Source of the DNA: an uncultured Gammaproteobacteria bacterium
GTDB taxonomy: Bacteria > Pseudomonadota > Gammaproteobacteria > JAKDMP01
Direction: 5' to 3'
Assembly: GCA_964586925.1 (NCBI GenBank)
Contig: CAZPJI010000001.1
Coordinates: 63,280-127,279 of the forward strand
DNA: 64,000 bases
This document shows positions 56,387-64,000 of the stretch, one piece after another; positions within the stretch are counted from its first letter, which is position 1; the number at the start of each line of letters is the position of its first letter. Made by a program: the position numbers and the translations under genes. The notes below the pieces were generated by a model. That model saw nothing but the letters and a program-made list of their open reading frames with translations. It made no database searches and was not told the DNA's origin.

Positions 56387-58132
56387 ATGAGTACGCAGAC
56401 CATAGTTGTAGATCCAATCACCCGTATCGAAGGCCATCTTCGGATTCAGGCCGAGATGAACGGAAATGCAATTGCACAGGCCTCGAGTTCGGGCATGATG
56501 GTTCGCGGTATCGAAATCATTCTTCGCGACCGCGACCCTCGCGATGCCTGGGCGTTTGCCCAGCGCGCTTGCGGGGTATGTACGCTGGTGCATGGAATTG
56601 CCTCCGTTCGCGCGGTTGAGAATGCGCTGCACTATCCGATACCCGACAATGCGCGTTTGATTCGCAATCTGATGATTGCACAGCAGTACGTGCACGATCA
56701 CGTCATGCACTTCTACCAGCTTCATGCGCTGGACTGGGTGGATGTTGTCTCGGCGTTGAAGGCCGATCCCAAGGCGACTTCTGCGCTGGCGCAATCGATT
56801 TCTGACTATTCGCGCTCTTCGCCCGGCTATTTCGCCGACGTGCAGGACAAAGTCAAACGGCTGGTGGAATCTGGACAGCTTGGCATTTTCGCGAACGGCT
56901 ATTGGGGGCATCCGGCATACAAGCTGCCGCCCGAGGCGAACCTGATGGCCGTGGCCCATTATCTGGAAGCACTTGCCTGGCAACGGGAGGCATGCAAGAT
57001 CCATACCGTGTTCGGAGGCAAGAACCCCCATCCGAACTTCGTGGTGGGAGGCGCACCAGTCGCCATCAGCGCTTCATCCGGCGGACAGTCGACCAATACG
57101 ACGGCTGTTGACATGGAAGGACTTGCACTCGTCGAGGACATCATCGGGAAACTTCGCAACTTCGTCGATAAGGTTTATCTGCCGGATACCGTTGCTATTG
57201 CTTCCTTCTACAAGGATTGGTTCAAGCCGGGTCACGGGGAAGGCACGGGCAATTTCATGACCTACGGGGAATTTCCCGGGAAAAGCATTGACGATCTTTC
57301 GAGTCTGATGATTCCACGTGGCGCGATCCTGAATCGGGATCTCACGCGCATTCACCCGGTGGATCTAGACGACCCGACTCAGGTACAGGAATTCGTCTCC
57401 CATTCCTGGTACGACTATTCGTCCGGGAAGAATACCGGTCTGCACCCTTACAAGGGCCAGACCAAACTCGATTACACGGGTCCCAAACCGCCCTTCAAAC
57501 TACTCGACACCAAGGGCAGTTATTCATGGTTGAAATCGCCGCGTTGGCGGGGACATCCCATGGAGGTGGGGCCGCTCTCGCGGGTGCTCATGCTGTATGC
57601 CAGCGGGCACGAGCAGACGAAATCGCTCGTCGACCAGACGCTCGCCAGGCTGGATTTGCCGATCGAAGCCGTCTTCTCGACCATGGGGCGCACAGCGGCC
57701 CGCACATTGGAAAGCAAGATCATTGCCGACGCGATGTCAGGCTGGTTCAGCGAGTTGATGAGCAACGTGAAGAAGGGCGATTTGAACACTTGGAACGGCA
57801 AGCTGTGGGAACCCTCTAGTTGGCCGAAGCATGCCGAAGGCGCCGGCTATACGGAGGCGCCGCGAGGTGCGCTCGCGCACTGGATCGTCATCGAAGACGG
57901 TTTGATCGACAACTACCAGATGGTGGTGCCGACTACCTGGAACGCGGGTCCGCGCGATGCGCAAGGCCAGGACGGCGTCTATGAGTCATCGATCATCGGG
58001 CAGAAGCTTTACGATACGACGCAACCGCTTGAGATACTGAGGACGATACACAGTTTCGATCCCTGCATTGCCTGCGCCGTGCACGTCAGCGACCCTGATG
58101 GCAAGGAACTGCTTCAGGTCAAGGTCTGTTGA
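56387..58132 (+). CDS. hynL: [NiFe] hydrogenase large subunit (HynL)
   Basis: It has the N-terminal RIEGH...RACGVCT motif (L1) and the C-terminal DPCIACAVH motif (L2) with the endopeptidase cleavage site. Confidence 0.93.
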   Translation: MSTQTIVVDPITRIEGHLRIQAEMNGNAIAQASSSGMMVRGIEIILRDRDPRDAWAFAQRACGVCTLVHGIASVRAVENALHYPIPDNARLIRNLMIAQQYVHDHVMHFYQLHALDWVDVVSALKADPKATSALAQSISDYSRSSPGYFADVQDKVKRLVESGQLGIFANGYWGHPAYKLPPEANLMAVAHYLEALAWQREACKIHTVFGGKNPHPNFVVGGAPVAISASSGGQSTNTTAVDMEGLALVEDIIGKLRNFVDKVYLPDTVAIASFYKDWFKPGHGEGTGNFMTYGEFPGKSIDDLSSLMIPRGAILNRDLTRIHPVDLDDPTQVQEFVSHSWYDYSSGKNTGLHPYKGQTKLDYTGPKPPFKLLDTKGSYSWLKSPRWRGHPMEVGPLSRVLMLYASGHEQTKSLVDQTLARLDLPIEAVFSTMGRTAARTLESKIIADAMSGWFSELMSNVKKGDLNTWNGKLWEPSSWPKHAEGAGYTEAPRGALAHWIVIEDGLIDNYQMVVPTTWNAGPRDAQGQDGVYESSIIGQKLYDTTQPLEILRTIHSFDPCIACAVHVSDPDGKELLQVKVC

Positions 58133-59112
58133 TGATGGCGCGGGAGGCAAAGTTCGGACACCGCCTGCTGGGGGTTGGATTGGTCGTTGCGGCCCTGAAT
58201 CTGGTGGCATTCGCCGGCTTGCTCAAGCTGGCAAGCATGGGTGCGGCCATTGGAGGCATTGGCACGCTCGCATACCTGCTCGGTGCCCGGCATGCCTTTG
58301 ATATCGATCACGTCGCTGCCATCGACAATGTGACGCGACGATTGCGCCAGAATGGACACAAGCCGACTGCCGTGGGGTTGTTCTTTTCCATGGGACATTC
58401 CACGATTGTTGTCGCGGCCACGGCTGTATTGCTTCTGGGGGGCGAGCATTTCCGCCGCTTGTTGCCGGTCTTGCAAGGGTGGGGGGGTGTCCTCGGCGCC
58501 GGGATATCGGCGGCGTTCCTCATCATGATCGGTACGGCCAATGTCGCTATCGCCCGGCAGGTATGGAGGACACGCGGGGAATCCACGGACGAGGCGGGCG
58601 CATGGGAAATCGAGGCTCTGCTCGAACGCCGCGGTTTTATGGCCCGGATCATGAGCTTTGCCTACCGGCGCATCGACAAGAGCCGGAAAATGTATCTGGT
58701 CGGCCTGCTGTTCGGTCTGGGTTTCGATACAGCCAGCGAGATCATACTGCTGGCCTTGACGGCTGCTGCCATGCACCAATACGGTCTGAGTCCCTGGTCG
58801 TTGCTCGGACTGCCCCTGCTGTTCGCGGCCGGGATGACACTGATGGATTCCGCCTGTGGTCTGGGCATATTGAGTCTCTACAATTGGTCCATTGCCGGAG
58901 GGCGGCGTACGTGGATAGTCAATATCGGCGTTACCGGGCTCTCGACACTGCTCGCGTTAGGGGTAGGGACCGTGGAGCTTTCCACGTCGTTTCATTGGTC
59001 CATGGTGCCTACCCTGGGCCTTGTTGCCGGCATCGGCGTCATGTTTACTTTGTTTACATTCAGGCGTCAGCCCGTGACCGGTCCCATCGAAGCCGAAGGG
59101 ATAAGGAATTGA
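58129..59112 (+). CDS. hoxN: NiCoT-family high-affinity nickel permease (HoxN/HupN/NixA)
   Basis: It has the signature HAFDIDHVAAIDN in TM2 and FFSMGHST. It is 327 aa with 8 TM helices. Confidence 0.85.
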   Translation: MMMAREAKFGHRLLGVGLVVAALNLVAFAGLLKLASMGAAIGGIGTLAYLLGARHAFDIDHVAAIDNVTRRLRQNGHKPTAVGLFFSMGHSTIVVAATAVLLLGGEHFRRLLPVLQGWGGVLGAGISAAFLIMIGTANVAIARQVWRTRGESTDEAGAWEIEALLERRGFMARIMSFAYRRIDKSRKMYLVGLLFGLGFDTASEIILLALTAAAMHQYGLSPWSLLGLPLLFAAGMTLMDSACGLGILSLYNWSIAGGRRTWIVNIGVTGLSTLLALGVGTVELSTSFHWSMVPTLGLVAGIGVMFTLFTFRRQPVTGPIEAEGIRN

Positions 59113-59223
59113 ATCCAGGCCACGACATGTGATAAGACTCGGTGTTTTCCCATGTCTGCCGGCTATAGAGGGATGAAATTCAGGGCAAGTGCCCATCGTC
59201 CGAATCGACAAAAGGAAGAACAG

Positions 59224-60927
59224 ATGCAGGAGAAGGGATTCGACCACGCAGCCGCACACCCATTGGCCCGATCGACCATATTTTCCATATTGACTTTGAG
59301 CGGCCTCGCCGTACTGCTGCTCGTCGGTTGCATGGCCGCTTCGGCAAGAACGCCTATGACCGCGGCTCCGGCGCCGGGTAGCACTGATACCGCGGCCGGC
59401 ATCCCGAATGCGATCTGTCTCGCCTGCCATACGCATGGACCGGGACCACACGTCGATAACAAGGCGTTCTCCCATTCCGTACATGCCAAGCTGCAATGCA
59501 CGAGTTGCCATCGCGATATCAGGGCGGTACCGCACCCGGCGAAGCCCGCGCCCGTCCAGTGCGGCACCTGCCATACCGATGTGGCTGCGGCTTATGCCAA
59601 AGGTCTGCATGGAAAACTGCACGCAGCCGGCTTAAAAACCGCGCCTACCTGTAAGACTTGCCACGGCACCCACGGTATAAAGAACGTTCACTCGCAAGCA
59701 TTTTTCCAGGCCATGCCGAAGCGGTGCGCATCCTGCCACCGGAGAGCCTACGCGAGCTATCGCAGCACCTTTCACGGCGAGGCCGGGCAATTGGGAATGC
59801 GCGGTGCGGCAACATGCTGGAACTGTCACCGCCCGCATGACGTGTTGTCGCCGGGCAATCCTCGTTCGCAGGTTGCAGCGGGCAACCTGATCAATACCTG
59901 CAGTCAGTGCCATGCCGGCGCAAACAGGAACTTCGTGCAGTTCGACGTTCATCCCGACCCCTCCGATCCTTCGCGGTCGCTGCCGGTTTACCTGACACAC
60001 GTGTTCATGGTGGGGTTGCTGATTTTCGTATTCGGATTTTTCGGTCTCCATACGATCCTCTGGCTGCAACGCAGCGCTGTTGCGTTGATTCGAGGCGAGG
60101 TGCAGAGGCATCGCAGCGATACCGTTTACGTTCGCAGATTCAATCTGGTGGCGCGCCTCATGCATATTACGGTCGTCGTCAGTTTTATGCTGCTAGCGTT
60201 GACGGGACTGCCGTTGCTCTATCACGACGCGGTCTGGGCCAGGCCAATATCGCATCTGCTGGGAGGTGAGACCGTTGCGAGGGTCATTCATCACGTTTGT
60301 GGCGTCGTCACCTTCGGCTATTTCTTCTTCCATTTGCTGTACCTGACTTATTTACGGCTTCGGAAAAAACGGCATGGATTGCTTTACGGGCCCGATTCGA
60401 TGACCCCCAGATGGCAAGACATCACCGACATGTTCAAAAACTTTCGGTGGTTCCTGTATCTGGGTAAACAGCCGCAACTCGATCGCTGGACCTATTGGGA
60501 AAAATTCGACTACTGGGCCGTGTTTTGGGGCGTTGCGCTGATCGGGCTCTCGGGCCTGGCGATATGGTTCTATGCACCGTTCACACATGTGTTCTCCGGC
60601 GCCTACCTGAACGTGGCCTGGGTTGTGCATGGCGAAGAGGCTCTGCTTGCCGTCGGATTCATCTTTATCTTCCATTTCTTCCATAATCACTTGCGGCCCG
60701 AGAATTTTCCGATCGACATCACGATTTTTACCGGCCGACTGCCGCTCAGCCGTTTTCGAGAGGAGCGCCCACTGCAATACGAACGGCTCAGGCAGGAAGG
60801 TACGCTGGACGAGGTACTTGTGCCGCCGCCTTCGCGCTTGACGGTCCTGTGGTGGCAGTTCTTCGGCTATACGGTGGTTTTTGTCGGGGTGGCGCTGATT
60901 ATCAGTGTGATCTATGCAATGATTTAG
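59224..60927 (+). CDS. Fusion of a periplasmic heptahaem c-type cytochrome with a dihaem b-type cytochrome membrane domain (CbcL-like)
   Basis: It has an N-terminal signal/anchor, then seven CxxCH sites (CLACH, CTSCH, CGTCH, CKTCH, CASCH, CWNCH, CSQCH). These are followed by about 300 aa with 5-6 TM helices bearing conserved His pairs typical of the HydC/FdnI (Ni/Fe-hydrogenase b-type cytochrome) family. The track ORF starts at 59152; the probable start is 59224. Confidence 0.75.
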   Translation: MQEKGFDHAAAHPLARSTIFSILTLSGLAVLLLVGCMAASARTPMTAAPAPGSTDTAAGIPNAICLACHTHGPGPHVDNKAFSHSVHAKLQCTSCHRDIRAVPHPAKPAPVQCGTCHTDVAAAYAKGLHGKLHAAGLKTAPTCKTCHGTHGIKNVHSQAFFQAMPKRCASCHRRAYASYRSTFHGEAGQLGMRGAATCWNCHRPHDVLSPGNPRSQVAAGNLINTCSQCHAGANRNFVQFDVHPDPSDPSRSLPVYLTHVFMVGLLIFVFGFFGLHTILWLQRSAVALIRGEVQRHRSDTVYVRRFNLVARLMHITVVVSFMLLALTGLPLLYHDAVWARPISHLLGGETVARVIHHVCGVVTFGYFFFHLLYLTYLRLRKKRHGLLYGPDSMTPRWQDITDMFKNFRWFLYLGKQPQLDRWTYWEKFDYWAVFWGVALIGLSGLAIWFYAPFTHVFSGAYLNVAWVVHGEEALLAVGFIFIFHFFHNHLRPENFPIDITIFTGRLPLSRFREERPLQYERLRQEGTLDEVLVPPPSRLTVLWWQFFGYTVVFVGVALIISVIYAMI

Positions 60928-61247
60928 GAATTTCTGATTGATTCGACATTCCGGCGAAGGTAAGGGAACATTAATCAGAGATTTCCTGGCAACAACGAGG
61001 CGGAGCCAAGCATTCCCGGAATCATAGATACGGAGCCGATTGCCGGCAAATTTAATTTGTATCAAGCAGGGTTGTTTCCACCCCGTTTGTCAAACACCCG
61101 GCGCGGATTTTCTTGGCTATACTCATATATCAATGATATCGGCTGCATAATGGCTGATTTATTCTTCATCTTCACCGTTGCGGAAACATTGACAAAAATG
61201 CTGTCGTTATTTCTTGCCCATCCAGACATGTCGAAGGGAGCCATTGC

Positions 61248-62135
61248 ATGCAATCGATACTCTCATCATTGAGAATGAATTTCCTGACCTTGACGCTCGC
61301 TTGCGTTTTCCTCGGGACGACCGTTTCCTACAGGCTGGTCGGACACCTGCAGATTGTTGACATAGTACTGGTCTTGATAGGCGCGCTGCTGGCTCATGCA
61401 TGCGTAAACCTGCTTAACGAATACCAGGACTATAGAAGCGGGCTGGATGTCATTACGGTAAAAACGCCGTTCAGCGGTGGCAGCGGCGCATTGCCGGCGC
61501 ATCCGGAAGCGGCTGGAGCAACGCTTACTGCAGCCGTCATCACATTCTCTGCAACGGCTGTAATCGGCGTGTATTTCCTTCTCTCGCATGGCCTATGGCT
61601 GCTGCCGGTTGGAATACTCGGCTTGCTTACGATCGTCTTCTATACCAACTGGATCACCCGCCATGCCTTGTTGTGCCTGGTTGCACCGGGGTTCGGCTTT
61701 GGCCCCCTGATGGTGATGGGAACTGGTTTCGTTCTCACCAATCACTATACTTGGCAAGCATTCATCGCTTCGTTGACGCCGTTTTTCCTGGTCAGCGAAC
61801 TCCTGTTGATCAATCAATTTCCCGACGTGGAAGCTGATCGGCAGGTAGGGCGGCAGCATTACCCCATTCTGATCGGGCGCCGGCGCAGTGCTCTGATCGG
61901 CGGTGCTTTTCTTCTGCTGGCTTATGCACCTATCGCTGGTGGGGTATTGACTGGTTTCTTTCCGAAGATGGCAGCGCTGGGATTGATTCCGTTGCTGTTC
62001 GCAGTGCCGCTGGCATGGAACATGTGGCGCAAATCCGAAAGCCCCAATTCGATTGTCTCTTATCTGGGTTTCAATGTGGCCGTGATCATGGCAACCATTA
62101 TTCTGTTTGCCGCCGGCTGGCTGTTCAAGTATTGA
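61248..62135 (+). CDS. UbiA-superfamily prenyltransferase, MenA-like (second copy)
   Basis: It has the motif NEYQDYRSGLD (MenA-type NDYxDxxxGxD with Glu at position 2) and about 8 TM helices. It is 295 aa. Confidence 0.7.
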   Translation: MQSILSSLRMNFLTLTLACVFLGTTVSYRLVGHLQIVDIVLVLIGALLAHACVNLLNEYQDYRSGLDVITVKTPFSGGSGALPAHPEAAGATLTAAVITFSATAVIGVYFLLSHGLWLLPVGILGLLTIVFYTNWITRHALLCLVAPGFGFGPLMVMGTGFVLTNHYTWQAFIASLTPFFLVSELLLINQFPDVEADRQVGRQHYPILIGRRRSALIGGAFLLLAYAPIAGGVLTGFFPKMAALGLIPLLFAVPLAWNMWRKSESPNSIVSYLGFNVAVIMATIILFAAGWLFKY

Positions 62136-62200
62136 AGGAATGATACGCCATGAGAGGCAAACCGGAAGCCCAAGTGTTTAAAACCTTGTGAGGAGACGAA

Positions 62201-62554
62201 ATGGGTACACAACAACGGATCAATGCTCTGTTTGCGAGTATCGACCGGAAGGATGTCCGGGGATTTTCATCCTATCTCGCCAAGAATGTGGATTTTCGTT
62301 TTGGAAACGCCCCGATGGTTTCGGATCGGGAAACGGCTTCTTCAGCAGTGCAACAGTTTTTCGAAAGCGTCAAGGCTTTGCGGCATACTATTGAAGAAAC
62401 CTGGGAGCAGGGGGATCAAGTCGTCTGCCACGGAACCGTCACCTATACACGCCATGACGACAGCCGACTATCGGTGCCGTTTGCAAACATCTTTACGCTG
62501 CGTGAGGATCAAATATCGCGTTATCTGATTTTTGCCGATCTCTCGGACCTTTGA
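62201..62554 (+). CDS. SnoaL-like / NTF2-fold small protein
   Basis: The 117-aa protein has an alpha+beta cone-fold pattern (short N-terminal helix and C-terminal beta strands) resembling SnoaL-like polyketide cyclase / ketosteroid isomerase-like domains. Confidence 0.5.
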   Translation: MGTQQRINALFASIDRKDVRGFSSYLAKNVDFRFGNAPMVSDRETASSAVQQFFESVKALRHTIEETWEQGDQVVCHGTVTYTRHDDSRLSVPFANIFTLREDQISRYLIFADLSDL

Positions 62555-62872
62555 TTCAGAGATTCCTTCGGTTCAGTTCTGCCAGTAAGCAATCCTCAAT
62601 TCGCTTTCTCGCCGACGCTTCGAACTGTACAGGCTCTGTTCAGGCAGTCGAATCCCGGCTGAAATGGCTCAACTTCAATCATATCCGCAGCAGGGCGAGG
62701 TGCTTCCGGTATTGCTTGCAGCCCGAACACATCAGTGAGGAGGCGAGTCGTCTCGTGGTTCCCCGTAGCGCTTTTGCGGCCGATCCGTGATTTGCATCAA
62801 TGGCAACTCCAGCCGTATTTGCCATAGTAAATGCTGTGATCCGACAGGGAGCCGGACGGGAAGAGGAGACGC

Positions 62873-64000
62873 ATGGAAGGAGGGCCGGCGGGCGGTAACC
62901 GCAGAGTAATAGGCCGGGAGGGACTCGGGACGCTTCTCGAAGCACTGCACAGGGACGGCTACGAGGTGCTTGGTCCCACGGTGCGCGACGGCGCCATCGT
63001 GTACGCGCGTCTCGCCGGTGTCGAGGACCTGCCGGAAGGCTGGACAGATAGCCAGGAAGCGGGAAGCTATCGCTTGGAGCGGCGCGGCGACCGGGCGCTT
63101 TTCGGCTACGCCGTCGGGCCGCATTCGTGGAAGCAATTTCTGTATCCGCCGATCCAGCGCCTCTGGAAAGCGCAGAAAAAAGGTCGCGAAGTTACCATCA
63201 CCGGCGGCGAAAAACCGGCTGACAAGAAGTACGCTTTCATCGGTGTCCGGGCCTGCGAACTGCATGCCATGTCCATTCAGGACAGAGTTTTCCTGGGCGG
63301 ACCCTACCGCGATCCCGGGTATGAGGCGCGGCGGAGAAAGAGTTTCATCGTGGCCGTCAATTGCGGCCAGGCCGCGGCTACCTGTTTCTGCGTGTCGATG
63401 AAAACGGGGCCGAAGGTTGAATCCGGCTACGATCTTGCGCTCACGGAACTGCTCGATGGTGAGCACCACGAGTTCGTGGTGGAGGCAGGCAGCAAAGCCG
63501 GCCGCGCGATGCTCCGACGGCTTCCCGCGGCTGGACCGACCGCGGCGCAGCTTACCGCTGCGGTCGCCGTTGCCCGGCGCACGGCGGAACAGATGAGACG
63601 CCGCCTCGATACCGACGGATTGAAGACGTTGCTCCAGTCCAATCCCGAGCATCCTCGTTGGGAAGCGGTCGCCGAGCGTTGTCTGAGCTGCGGCAATTGC
63701 ACGATGGTGTGTCCCACCTGCTTCTGTACAACGGTGGAGGATCACAGCGACCTTGCCGGTTCAACCGCCGAGCGGGTACGCAAGTGGGACTCCTGTTTCA
63801 CGATGGATTTTTCTTATATCCACAGCGGCAGCGTTCGCAAGACGGCGAGTTCCCGCTATCGGCAATGGATGACGCACAAGCTGGCGAGCTGGCACGACCA
63901 GTTCGGCACGTCGGGGTGCGTCGGGTGCGGGCGCTGCATCGCGTGGTGCCCCGTCGGCATCGACATTACGGAAGAGGCTGCCGCCATTCGAGCAGACTTG
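62873..64000 (+). CDS. AsrA-like 4Fe-4S dicluster protein (anaerobic sulfite reductase subunit A / sulfhydrogenase beta-subunit family), 3' end outside window
   Basis: It is not in the ORF track because it runs off the window. An ATG at 62873 is preceded by GAGGAG. Translation gives [36 protein letters not shown]... with Cys clusters [26 protein letters not shown] and [14 protein letters not shown]. The antisense 337-aa ORF 62732-63745 in the track is judged spurious. Confidence 0.7.
   Translation, partial: MEGGPAGGNRRVIGREGLGTLLEALHRDGYEVLGPTVRDGAIVYARLAGVEDLPEGWTDSQEAGSYRLERRGDRALFGYAVGPHSWKQFLYPPIQRLWKAQKKGREVTITGGEKPADKKYAFIGVRACELHAMSIQDRVFLGGPYRDPGYEARRRKSFIVAVNCGQAAATCFCVSMKTGPKVESGYDLALTELLDGEHHEFVVEAGSKAGRAMLRRLPAAGPTAAQLTAAVAVARRTAEQMRRRLDTDGLKTLLQSNPEHPRWEAVAERCLSCGNCTMVCPTCFCTTVEDHSDLAGSTAERVRKWDSCFTMDFSYIHSGSVRKTASSRYRQWMTHKLASWHDQFGTSGCVGCGRCIAWCPVGIDITEEAAAIRADL

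Noticed and set aside
62732-63745. 337-aa minus-strand ORF in the track
   Set aside because: The plus strand in the same interval encodes an AsrA-like protein with conserved ferredoxin-type Cys clusters and a GAGGAG ribosome-binding site. The minus-strand frame has no recognisable motifs.
1-64000. CRISPR arrays, rRNA/tRNA genes, transposases/IS elements, prophage genes
   Set aside because: None were recognisable by eye. There are no regularly spaced direct repeats, no transposase or integrase-like ORFs, and no tRNA-like structures in the intergenic regions examined.

Overview
This is a GC-rich (about 60-65 %) proteobacterial chromosomal segment, and almost all of it is protein-coding. I found no rRNA, tRNA, CRISPR array, transposase or integrase. 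The content runs in this order:

- **Core block (1-4.6 kb):** rplI (3' end), dnaB, alr and radA, in the conserved order.
- **Lipid catabolism (4.2-7.3 kb, minus strand):** a YciA-like thioesterase, a FadB/FadJ-type multifunctional enzyme and an upstream hypothetical gene.
- **7.4-10.9 kb:** a cytochrome b561, an amidohydrolase and an aldehyde dehydrogenase.
- **First AT-rich islet (10.9-12.0 kb):** a zinc-ribbon hypothetical protein and a minimal GIY-YIG-like protein.
- **12.0-14.4 kb:** an M24 hydrolase paired with a diaminobutyrate (EctB/DoeD-type) aminotransferase.
- **14.7-19.8 kb:** a TetR regulator divergent from an OMF-EmrA-EmrB tripartite efflux pump.
- **Glycogen cluster (20.7-34.5 kb):** a 1322-aa GlgX-MalQ fusion, GlgB, two alpha-glucan phosphorylase paralogues, GlgA, a basic DUF2934 protein and a secreted PAP2 phosphatase.
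- **Second lower-GC island (34.5-41.5 kb):** an Sfp-type phosphopantetheinyl transferase, a 986-aa sensor protein with degenerate GGDEF plus EAL domains, a frameshifted NRPS condensation-domain remnant, a MenA/UbiA-like prenyltransferase and an internally duplicated hypothetical protein.
- **41.6-44.0 kb:** a cytochrome c, an SRPBCC/RatA-like protein and tatABC.
- **Hydrogenase maturation operon (44.0-51.9 kb, minus strand):** hypA-B-C-D-X-F-E, including HypX.
- **Hydrogenase structural locus (52.1-60.9 kb, plus strand, divergent from hypA):** the maturation protease, an unknown 159-aa ORF, hynS-isp1-isp2-hynL (an Isp-type group 1 [NiFe] hydrogenase), the HoxN nickel permease and a CbcL-like heptahaem cytochrome c fused to a dihaem cytochrome b.
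- **End of window (61.2-64.0 kb):** a second MenA-like prenyltransferase, a SnoaL-like protein and the 5' part of an AsrA-like 4Fe-4S protein.

The candidates for something genuinely new are the CbcL-like fusion beside the hydrogenase, the GlgX-MalQ fusion, the NRPS/PPTase remnant island, the small AT-rich islet and the long inverted repeat in the hypA/hoxM divergent promoter. All product calls rest on motif and family recognition by eye; I ran no database search.
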